Assembly (NCBI GenBank): GCA_965215505.1
Contig: OZ244065.1
Location: 1,024,001 to 1,088,000 of the forward strand
Source of the DNA: Capsulimonadaceae bacterium
Lineage (GTDB): Bacteria; Armatimonadota; Armatimonadia; Armatimonadales; Capsulimonadaceae
DNA length: 64,000 bases
Direction of reading: 5' to 3'
The notes under the pieces were generated by a model. The model worked only from the letters and a program-made list of their open reading frames with translations, was not told the origin of the DNA and did no database searches. Of the stretch, positions 1 through 8,668 are shown piece after piece (position 1 is the first letter of the stretch; each line of letters begins with the position of its first letter). The position numbers and the translations under genes are program-made.

Positions 1-2
1 AT

Positions 3-575
3 CGGGAGTCCATGGAGGCCATTGACGCGGCCGTGGACCAGACCAACCGCCTGGTCCAATCCCTCCTGCTGCTCGCCCGGTCGGACGCGGGCAAACTGCC
101 CCTCTGCCTCGGCCCCGTTTCCGTGGCGGGCGTCGGAAGACGGGCCGCTCAGGTTGCGGGGAGCGCCGCCGACGTGTCCCTGCGCGTCTGCATCACCGAG
201 GCGGTCCCGCCGGTCGAGGGCGACGCCGAGGCGCTGCTCCAGGTCTTTTCTAATCTGCTGACCAATGCCGCGCGGCACACGGGGCCGGGCGGCGAGATCA
301 CGCTGACGGTCCGGGGCGGCGACAGGAATGCCATCGTGACGGTGGCGGACACCGGCGAGGGAATCGCGCCGGAACACCTGCCGCACCTCTTCGAGCGCTT
401 CTACCGGGTCGAGTCGTCGCGCTCGCGCGGCAAGGGCGGGACGGGCCTGGGTCTTGCGATCTGCCGGGAGATCGTCCACGCCCATCAGGGCACCATCGCC
501 GTCGAGAGCGTCGTAGGCCAGGGGACCGCCGTCCACGTCACTCTGCCATACACGCAGGCGGCACCGGGCGGCTAG
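3..575 (+). CDS. Two-component sensor histidine kinase, C-terminal part (5' truncated by window edge)
   Basis: HATPase motifs: N-box QVFSNLLTNAARH, G1 VADTGEGI, F-box LFERFYR, G2 GGTGLGLAI. The frame is open to the window start. Confidence 0.93.
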   Translation, partial: RESMEAIDAAVDQTNRLVQSLLLLARSDAGKLPLCLGPVSVAGVGRRAAQVAGSAADVSLRVCITEAVPPVEGDAEALLQVFSNLLTNAARHTGPGGEITLTVRGGDRNAIVTVADTGEGIAPEHLPHLFERFYRVESSRSRGKGGTGLGLAICREIVHAHQGTIAVESVVGQGTAVHVTLPYTQAAPGG

Positions 576-723
576 CGCCGCCTGCACTCCAGCGCCCCGG
601 CAGTCGTTCGGTCTTCGCGGTCGTATCTCCCTCAGCATCCGCTTTCCCTCATTTCTTCCTCACATCTCCCCCTCATACTGTAATCAGTTGCCGCAAGGAA
701 CAATGGGCTGGAGGAGAACAGAC

Positions 724-1509
724 ATGACCACTCGCACACAGGCACCGGACGGACTCGACCGTCGAAGCGCACTCCGCCTGATCGGCGGCCTCGTCAGCAC
801 GGCGTTCGTGGCCGGGTGCGGAGGCGGGGGCGGCTCGACGACGGGCGGCCTCACGACGACAGGAACCACGACGACCGCGACGGGCGCGACCGGGGCGGTC
901 ACCCCGGAGGGTGAGATCGGCCCGTACTTCACCAACGACAGCACCACAGGCTATAACCGGAGCAGCATCCTGTCCAACCTGGACGGCACCAGCACCCAGA
1001 CCGGCATCCCACTCACACTGAAGATCTACATCTACGACTCCGAGAACGGCTTCGCTGCCCTGGCCGGGGCACAGGTGGACATCTGGCACTGCAACGCCCA
1101 AGGCGTCTACTCGAACGAGTCGGTCGAAGGCACCCTAGGCCAGACCTGGCTGCGCGGCTACCAGCTCACCGACTCGGCCGGGTCGGTGACCTTCACGACC
1201 ATCATCCCCGGCTGGTATCAGGGCCGGACGACGCACATCCACCTGCGCGTGCGCTCTTCCTACAGCGAAGCCTCCTCGACGAGCGACGGCATCAACACGA
1301 CGCAGCTCTTCTTTTCACAGACTGTCCTAGACTACATCTACGCGAACGTCTCCCCCTATAACACAAAGGGGAAGGACACGACGACGAACGCGAGCGACCA
1401 CGTCTACACGCCGGAGACGAAGGGGGAGACGTTGCTGACCCTGACGGGCGACTACACGGACGGCTACGCGGCGACGTTCGCCATCAATCTGCCGATCACG
1501 AGCGCCTGA
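724..1509 (+). CDS. Intradiol ring-cleavage dioxygenase-like protein, putative Tat-exported lipoprotein
   Basis: Motifs EGEIGPYF, VDIWHCNAQGVYS, LRGYQLTD, IPGWYQGRTTHIH. N-terminus has DRRSAL twin-arginine, a hydrophobic stretch and a VAGC lipobox. GGAGGAG lies upstream of ATG 724. Confidence 0.85.
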   Translation: MTTRTQAPDGLDRRSALRLIGGLVSTAFVAGCGGGGGSTTGGLTTTGTTTTATGATGAVTPEGEIGPYFTNDSTTGYNRSSILSNLDGTSTQTGIPLTLKIYIYDSENGFAALAGAQVDIWHCNAQGVYSNESVEGTLGQTWLRGYQLTDSAGSVTFTTIIPGWYQGRTTHIHLRVRSSYSEASSTSDGINTTQLFFSQTVLDYIYANVSPYNTKGKDTTTNASDHVYTPETKGETLLTLTGDYTDGYAATFAINLPITSA

Positions 1510-1540
1510 TGGCAGGAGCCGATCCACAAGGAGAAACACG

Positions 1541-2326
1541 ATGAAGACACGACTGTTCCGAAGGGGCTGCTCCGCTTTGGCGGGCCTCACACTGATGACG
1601 ACCATGCTGGCAGCCGGTGCCGTGGCCCAGGTGCCAGACGGCCCCGGCGGTGGCGGGCCGCCGCCCGGCGGGCCTGATGGCGGTCCCCCTCCGGGTGGGC
1701 CTGGCGGTCCGGGGCAAGGCGCAGACGCCCGCGCGGCCTTCCGAGGCCCCTCCCCGTTCGCCGTCGGCACGGTCAATGCGGTGGAGGCGGGCGCGGGGAC
1801 GATCACAATCGTCTCGCAGTTCGGTGGCGGCAGTAACTCTCAGGTGATCAGGGTCAGCCCGGATGCACAGATCGTCACCCAATCCGAAGTCGCGGTGGCC
1901 GATCTGAAGGTCGGCGATCAGGTGCAGGTACAGGGCGTTCCGACCGGAATCGCCGTCTCGTCGGTCATCGCCGGCAAGGCTCCGGTCGGCCTGTCCGGCA
2001 GCGGAGGCTTCGGCCCCGGCGGGCCGGGCGGGACCGCCACCCCGCCGAGTTTCGCCACGGCTAAGGGAACGATCAAGGCTCTGCCCACGAGAGCGGACCC
2101 ACACCTCACGGTCAGCCTGTCGGCAGACATACAGCTCTCCCTGAAGATCGCCGACGGCACGAAGATCACCCGGTACACGGTGCTGAAAATCTCCGACATC
2201 AAGAGCGGCGACCGCGTCATGGCGTCCGGCGAAACCGCCGCCGACGGGGCGCGGACCGCCGGCATGGTGGCAATCAATCTGCCCGCACAGAACGGTTTCG
2301 GCAGGCCCAACGGCCCCCGCCGGTAG
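1541..2326 (+). CDS. Secreted Gly/Pro-rich hypothetical protein with two OB-fold-like (DUF5666-like) repeats
   Basis: Signal peptide ending AVAQ. Repeated 'DLKVGDQVQVQG' / 'DIKSGDRVMASG'. AAGGAG RBS. Confidence 0.65.
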   Translation: MKTRLFRRGCSALAGLTLMTTMLAAGAVAQVPDGPGGGGPPPGGPDGGPPPGGPGGPGQGADARAAFRGPSPFAVGTVNAVEAGAGTITIVSQFGGGSNSQVIRVSPDAQIVTQSEVAVADLKVGDQVQVQGVPTGIAVSSVIAGKAPVGLSGSGGFGPGGPGGTATPPSFATAKGTIKALPTRADPHLTVSLSADIQLSLKIADGTKITRYTVLKISDIKSGDRVMASGETAADGARTAGMVAINLPAQNGFGRPNGPRR

Positions 2327-2471
2327 GGCATGAGCAGCATCGCCGCGTACAAAGCTCGGTCAAATGAGCGTATATGCGGCGGCATCTGCGATTAATATGC
2401 CGCTCACAAGCGTATAAAGAACCGGTCACGGATGACCCGATAAACATCCTGTGAATGGAAAGGTAGTACGA

Positions 2472-5132
2472 ATGACACTCACAAGGATTCTGCTCCGCTA
2501 CGTCCTGCCCCTGTTTACCCTCAGCCTCGTCGCTCTCTGCCAGAGGGCCCCCGCCGCCCCACTCGCCGACCGGGTGGCCGTGGCCGGGAACGCCCCCGCC
2601 GTGGCCGCCGCCAGGTCGGCGGGCCGCCTGTCTGGAACCACGCCGGTCAGCATCGCGCTCACCCTCCCCCTGCGGAACCAGGCCGCCTTGGAGGACCTGC
2701 TCGCCCGCCTCCACGACCCGTCCGACCCGGACTATGGGCACTATCTGACCCCGGCGCAGTTCGCCGCACGCTTCAGCCCGACCAAGGCCGACTACGAGGC
2801 CGTGGCCGCCTTCGCCCGCGCCCAGGGCCTGACCGTGACCGGGACCCACGCGAACCGGCTCCTGCTCGACGTTTCCGGCCCGGCGAGTTCGGTAGAAACC
2901 GCCTTCGCCGTCCGCCTGAACCGCTATCAGGCGGCGGATGGCCAGGAGTTCCGCGCGCCGGACGCCGCCCCGTCTGTGCCTCGCGCCCTGGCCGGGCGAC
3001 TGACGGGCGTCGCCGGCCTGAGCGACGCGGCCGTCCGACGTCCGCACAATGTCCGCCTGTCTGACGAGGCGGCCCTCCGGCCGGAGGTGTCCGGGCGTCC
3101 CGCCGCGGGCACCAGCCCCAGGGGTGGCCTGGCACCCACCGACATCAAGGCCGCCTATAACCTGAGCGGCGTCTCCCTCGACGGCACGGGCCAGACGCTC
3201 GCCCTGTTCGAGCTGGACGGCTACAATCCCACCGACATCAGCGCCTACGAGAGCCGCTTCGGCCTGCGGAGCGTCCCGCTCCAGAACGTCCTCCTGGACG
3301 GCGCTCCGGGCACGGCGGGGACGAACGCGGACGAGGTGACGCTCGACATTGAGCTGCAAATCGCACTCGCGCCAGGTGCGAGCAAAATCCTGGTCTACGA
3401 GACCGGCCCCACCGACGCCGATACCCTGGATGCCTACAGCCGGATCGCCGACGACGACCTGGCGAAGCAGATCAGCACCTCCTGGGGGCTGGATGAGCCA
3501 GACAGCGCCCCGAGTACGCTCCAGGCCGAAAACCCCATCTTCCAGCAGATGGCCGTCCAAGGTCAGACCATCTACGCCGCCTCGGGTGACAACGGGGCCT
3601 ACGACACCGGCAGCCGGGCGGACGGCGTGAGCGTGGATGATCCCGCCTCGCAGCCCTATGTCTGCGGGGTCGGCGGAACGACGCTGACGACGAGCGGGGC
3701 GGGCGGTGCCTACGCCTCTGAAACCACCTGGAACGGCGGGAGCGTCGCGAACGGCGCGGGCGGGGGCGGCATCAGCACGGTTTGGGCGACCCCGACCTGG
3801 CAGGAGTCGGCAGTCTCGGCGGCTTCAGGGGGGTCTACGACGATGCGGAACGTGCCGGACGTCTCACTGAACACGAATCCGAACACGGGCTATGCGATCT
3901 ATGTCGGGGGGGCGTGGCAGGTCTACGGCGGGACGAGCTGCGCCGCGCCGCTCTGGGCCGGGTTCACTGCTCTGGTCAACCAGCAGCGCACCGCCAACGG
4001 GTTATCATCACTCGGACAGGCAGCCCCCGTCCTCTATCCGCTCCTGGCCGGCGCGCGCTATGCCGCTGATTTCCACGACATCGCCAACGGCAGCACGAAC
4101 CTGTATTATCCGGCTGTGACGGGCTATGACGATGCTACCGGGCTGGGAACGCTCGACGGGGCCAACCTGCTGGCGGACCTCGTACCGGCCGCCACCGGTC
4201 GCACGCATCTGCTGTGGAACAACACCGACGGGCGCGTCATGCTGTGGAGCATCGCCCAGAACGGTTCCTTCACCCTCAACGGCTTCGGGCCGTACACCGA
4301 CGGTGCCCCCCAGAACCTCTGGCATGCCACCGCCGTCGCGACGGGACCGGACGGCAAGAGCCACCTGCTCTGGAACAACACGGACGGGCGCGTCATGCTC
4401 TGGACGGTAGATGACAGCGGCAGCTTCACCCTGGCGGGCTACGGCCCGTACACCGACAATGGCGCGAACAATCTGTGGAGCGCCACCGGGGTTTCGGTGG
4501 GTCCGGACAACGTCGTGCATCTGCTGTGGAACAACACCGACGGGCGCGTTATGCTGTGGAACGTCGCCCAGGACTTCAGCTTCACGATGGCGGGCTACGG
4601 GCCGTACACGGATAATGGGGCAAACAATCTCTGGTCGGCCACCGCCCTCGCCACAGGCTCCGACAACAAGACGCGCATCGTCTGGAATAACACCGACCAT
4701 CGTGTCATGCTGTGGAGCGTAGACAGCGGCTATAACTTCACCCTGGCCGGCTTCGGCCCTTACACCGACAACGCGCCGGGCAACACATGGTCAGCGGTGG
4801 GCGTGTCGGCGGGTCCGAGTGGCACGACCCATCTGCTTTGGTCCAACACAGACCGCCGCATGATGTTTTGGGATGTGGACAGCTCGTTCAACTTCACACT
4901 GGCAGGCTTCGGCCCCTACACAGACGGTTCTCCTGCGAACCTGTGGAACGCGGCGGCTCTGGCAACGGGGCCGGACGGACTGAGCCACGTCTTGTGGGGT
5001 AACACGGACGACCGGGCCATGCTGTGGGGGGTGGACAGCTCTTTCGACTTTACCGTCTCGGGCTACGGGCCATACACCGATAACGGCGCGAACAACCTGT
5101 GGAGCACCACCGCCGTCTCAGCGGGGCCATGA
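2472..5132 (+). CDS. Sedolisin/kumamolisin family (S53) serine protease with pro-domain and C-terminal six-repeat domain
   Basis: Signal peptide; pro-kumamolisin motif YGHYLTPAQFAARF; catalytic EVTLDIE, SGDNG, GGTSCAAPLWAG; GYDDATGLG. Start could be GTG 2451 or ATG 2472. Confidence 0.93.
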   Translation: MTLTRILLRYVLPLFTLSLVALCQRAPAAPLADRVAVAGNAPAVAAARSAGRLSGTTPVSIALTLPLRNQAALEDLLARLHDPSDPDYGHYLTPAQFAARFSPTKADYEAVAAFARAQGLTVTGTHANRLLLDVSGPASSVETAFAVRLNRYQAADGQEFRAPDAAPSVPRALAGRLTGVAGLSDAAVRRPHNVRLSDEAALRPEVSGRPAAGTSPRGGLAPTDIKAAYNLSGVSLDGTGQTLALFELDGYNPTDISAYESRFGLRSVPLQNVLLDGAPGTAGTNADEVTLDIELQIALAPGASKILVYETGPTDADTLDAYSRIADDDLAKQISTSWGLDEPDSAPSTLQAENPIFQQMAVQGQTIYAASGDNGAYDTGSRADGVSVDDPASQPYVCGVGGTTLTTSGAGGAYASETTWNGGSVANGAGGGGISTVWATPTWQESAVSAASGGSTTMRNVPDVSLNTNPNTGYAIYVGGAWQVYGGTSCAAPLWAGFTALVNQQRTANGLSSLGQAAPVLYPLLAGARYAADFHDIANGSTNLYYPAVTGYDDATGLGTLDGANLLADLVPAATGRTHLLWNNTDGRVMLWSIAQNGSFTLNGFGPYTDGAPQNLWHATAVATGPDGKSHLLWNNTDGRVMLWTVDDSGSFTLAGYGPYTDNGANNLWSATGVSVGPDNVVHLLWNNTDGRVMLWNVAQDFSFTMAGYGPYTDNGANNLWSATALATGSDNKTRIVWNNTDHRVMLWSVDSGYNFTLAGFGPYTDNAPGNTWSAVGVSAGPSGTTHLLWSNTDRRMMFWDVDSSFNFTLAGFGPYTDGSPANLWNAAALATGPDGLSHVLWGNTDDRAMLWGVDSSFDFTVSGYGPYTDNGANNLWSTTAVSAGP
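4203..5129 (+). repeat. Six tandem ~156-nt (52-aa) coding repeats, consensus xHLLWNNTDGRVMLWxVDxxxxFTLAGYGPYTDNGANNLWSATAxxxGP
   Basis: Counted directly in the translation of the S53 ORF. Confidence 0.92.
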
Positions 5133-5146
5133 CCTGAGCCGCAAAA

Positions 5147-5176
5147 ATCCCCTCGGCCTTTAAAGGCCGAGGGGAT
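5147..5176. terminator. Bidirectional intrinsic terminator between the convergent S53 gene and tRNA-Trp
   Basis: Perfect 30-bp palindrome ATCCCCTCGGCCTTT/AAAGGCCGAGGGGAT with an A-tract on the left (U-tail on the - strand). Confidence 0.85.
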
Positions 5177-5182
5177 ATTGGA

Positions 5183-5255
5183 CGGGAGCACCAGGATTCG
5201 AACCCGGGACCTTTCACTTTGGAGGCGAACGCACTACCAGCTGTGCTATACTCCC
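5183..5255 (-). tRNA. trnW: tRNA-Trp (CCA)
   Basis: Cloverleaf folded by hand: GGGAGTA/TGCTCCC acceptor, GCAC/GTGC D-stem, TTCGC-CTCCAAA-GTGAA anticodon arm, CCGGG-TTCGAAT-CCTGG T-arm, G73. Usual position after rpmG. Confidence 0.95.
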
Positions 5256-5302
5256 ATGTCGTTTTGTGAGGATAAGGGGCGGGTAAAGCCCGCCCCGACC
5301 GC

Positions 5303-5464
5303 CTACTTCGCTTCGCGGTGCAGCCGATGGACGCGGCAGCGGGGGCAGTACTTGTTCAGTTCCAGCCGCTCCGGGTGCTGACGCTTGTTCTTGGTGGTCG
5401 CATACGTCCGCTCCTTGCATTCACTGCAAGCGAGGGTGATGATGACCCGTGCTTCATTAGCCAT
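5303..5464 (-). CDS. rpmG: 50S ribosomal protein L33, zinc-ribbon (C+) form; absent from the supplied ORF track
   Basis: Manual translation [53 protein letters not shown], with two CxxC pairs; lies downstream of tuf. Confidence 0.97.
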   Translation of the reverse strand: MANEARVIITLACSECKERTYATTKNKRQHPERLELNKYCPRCRVHRLHREAK

Positions 5465-5524
5465 GTCTGTGTCCTATGGTGTCAGGCCGGGGCGAAAGAA
5501 GTTCACCCCGGCAGAGTCTCTGTC

Positions 5525-6718
<1,194 letters not shown>

Positions 6719-6754
6719 GTTCTAACTTCCTCGTTTGTTCTATGCTTAAGTGTG

Positions 6755-6822
6755 TGGTGCCCACGAAGGGAATCGGACCCCTGGCTTTTTCCTTGCGGAG
6801 AAGCCTAACCCAGTTCCGGGGC
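6755..6822 (-). ncRNA. tRNA-like element (degenerate or remodelled tRNA-Thr-like) in the tuf leader
   Basis: Minus-strand sequence GCCCCGG...AGGGG-TCCGATT-CCCTT-CGTGGGC-A-CCA. It has a T-arm, bulged acceptor stem and CCA end, but no D-stem and no 7-nt anticodon loop. It occupies the slot of tRNA-Thr before tufB. Confidence 0.7.
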
Positions 6823-6859
6823 ATTGTCTGCGCCCCACCGGTGTGGTGAGACGCCATGG

Positions 6860-6888
6860 ATTATACCCCAAGGCGCGCGCGATTGCAA
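6860..6888 (-). promoter_or_regulatory. Sigma70-type promoter for the tuf-rpmG-trnW unit
   Basis: Minus strand TTGCAA-N17-TATAAT. Confidence 0.8.
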
Positions 6889-6909
6889 CCCCTCCTCCGA
6901 ACACGTTCC

Positions 6910-6938
6910 TTGACACCCGAACGAAATGGGCGTATACT
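6910..6938 (+). promoter_or_regulatory. Sigma70-type promoter for the DUF4255 gene, back-to-back with the tuf promoter
   Basis: TTGACA-N17-TATACT. Confidence 0.8.
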
Positions 6939-6993
6939 TTGCCTGGCTGCGGTGACCTTTCTGCACCTAAACCTCCGTTCAAGGGGAACGAAA

Positions 6994-8202
6994 ATGATCC
7001 AGGACGTTGATGAGACTTTAAGCGCTCTGTTGTCCGCCGAACTGAGCAGGGTCCCCGGCTGCGGCATTACCGACCGGGGACAGATCACCTTCGACCCACC
7101 CGGCGTGGCGGAGGGAGCGGCGGCAGACTCGATGCGCCTCAACCTCTACCTACACGATGTTCGCGAGAACCGCTCCGTCCGTGAGAGCGGCCTGCGGCTC
7201 ACCCGGAAGCCCGGCGAGGACACGGTCGGCGTGCGCCGCCCCCCCGTCAACCTCGACCTCTCCTACCTCGTCACCGCCTACGCCGGGGGCGACGCGGCGG
7301 GGGAACACCGCCTGCTGTCGGAGGCGCTGGGCGTACTGCTCCGCTTCCAGGACGTGCCGGGAGAGTACCTGCGCGGCGTCTTGGAAGAGCAGGGCGTCAC
7401 GCTCGCCGTGGCCCAGCCGGACCACCTCGCGAGCGCCGACCCGCCCGCGCTCTGGCAGGCCCTGGGGGGGCGGATGCGGACCGCCCTCAGCCTGGTCGTC
7501 ACGGCGCAGTTCAACCCCTACGAGACGCGCTGGACCAAGGTGGTGCGCGAGATGGTGATCGGCGTCGGCCTCGGGACGCCGCCGCACGGCCCGCAGCGCC
7601 CCCTGGACGTTTCCTCCATCCGGGTCAGCGTGGCGGGCGTCGTGCTGGACCAGGGCGCGGAGGCGCCGCTGCCGGGCGCCCGCGTGGCCGTGGAGGGCTG
7701 TCCGGGGGAAGCGACCACGGACGCGGGCGGCTTCTTCTCCCTGCTCAACCTGCCGCCCGGCCCGCACACGCTCCGGGTCAGCCGCGCCGGCTACCGGAGC
7801 CGGGAGGCTCAGGTGGTCGCGCCCGCCCCAGGGCACCCCGAGCAGCTGGAGCCGTGCGTCATCACGCTGCACCCGCTGGGAGACGCCGAGCGCGCCCTGG
7901 AGGCGGCGGCGCGGGCGGCGGAGGCCCGCAGCCTGCCGGGCGTCGCCGACAAAGGCCGCCTGTACCACGCCTCCCTGTCCGGCCTGCTCCGCCGCGAGGA
8001 CGGCCTCCCCGCCGCCTATGTCTCGGTCGAGGCGGGCGGCAAGCGGACCACGACCGACGCCGACGGCATCTACTGCTTCCTCGACCTGCCCCCCGGCCCG
8101 CACACGATCACCGCCGACCTGCCGGGGGTTGGACTGCGCGAAATCACCCCCGCCTCCGCCGCCCCGAGGCAGGAAAAAACGGCCACAAAAAAATCTTCGT
8201 AA
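6994..8202 (+). CDS. CIS cap/tail-terminator protein (DUF4255, Pvc16/Afp16-like) with two C-terminal carboxypeptidase-regulatory-like beta-sandwich domains
   Basis: MIQDVDETLSALL, ITFDPP, LNLYLHDVREN, LDLSYLVTA, EHRLL, LWQALGG, LSLVVT. Then GVVLD...PLPGARV...TTDAGGFFSLLNLPPGPHTL, repeated as TTDADGIYCFLDLPPGPHTI. Confidence 0.88.
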   Translation: MIQDVDETLSALLSAELSRVPGCGITDRGQITFDPPGVAEGAAADSMRLNLYLHDVRENRSVRESGLRLTRKPGEDTVGVRRPPVNLDLSYLVTAYAGGDAAGEHRLLSEALGVLLRFQDVPGEYLRGVLEEQGVTLAVAQPDHLASADPPALWQALGGRMRTALSLVVTAQFNPYETRWTKVVREMVIGVGLGTPPHGPQRPLDVSSIRVSVAGVVLDQGAEAPLPGARVAVEGCPGEATTDAGGFFSLLNLPPGPHTLRVSRAGYRSREAQVVAPAPGHPEQLEPCVITLHPLGDAERALEAAARAAEARSLPGVADKGRLYHASLSGLLRREDGLPAAYVSVEAGGKRTTTDADGIYCFLDLPPGPHTITADLPGVGLREITPASAAPRQEKTATKKSS

Positions 8203-8217
8203 ACACGCCGCATGTCA

Positions 8218-8246
8218 TTGACAAAGCGTGGAAGTGGTGATACAAT
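8218..8246 (+). promoter_or_regulatory. Sigma70-type promoter (extended -10) for the main CIS operon
   Basis: TTGACA-N17-TACAAT with TG before the -10; about 420 nt upstream of the sheath ATG. Confidence 0.75.
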
Positions 8247-8668
8247 CGCCTCAGTGCCCCCGAGGAAGACGGCGGCACTCCCGCCAAACTCAGCACACTT
8301 AAGTACCAAGAACTCTCTGCACGACCTATCACGCTGTAAGACCTGTAAGACCCAGTCGCCTGCCCATTCCGCAAGGTTTCATACAGATCGGATTGGACAC
8401 GAGATTCCGCCGCATCCCGAAGGTGCGGCGCCCGAGTGATCCGAACTAGGTGCCGCAGTACGTTTGCCCCACCTCCCTTAAATGCTCGCCAGATGAACGC
8501 TCGCTAAGGTCCTAGCGATTCGCCGCCGCAAGGCTCGAGTCCCGGTGCCCTCCCGTAGGCCCTGACTCTGCCCTTCGCGCCCGGCGCGTCGCCTTCCCGC
8601 TCGTCCTGCCGTAGCCGTAGTTGTTTCACTGTCCAACGCTGAACTACCATCACAAAGGAGCGCCCCCC

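Noticed and set aside
5179-5256. tRNA with an 8-bp acceptor stem (Sec-like or allo-tRNA) using the encoded CCA
   Set aside because: It would need a terminal U-G pair and a U discriminator. The short variable loop, CCA anticodon and G73 fit ordinary tRNA-Trp better.
6755-6822. Functional tRNA or tmRNA
   Set aside because: No D-stem or 7-nt anticodon loop, and no G3-U70 pair or tag reading frame. Kept only as a tRNA-like element.
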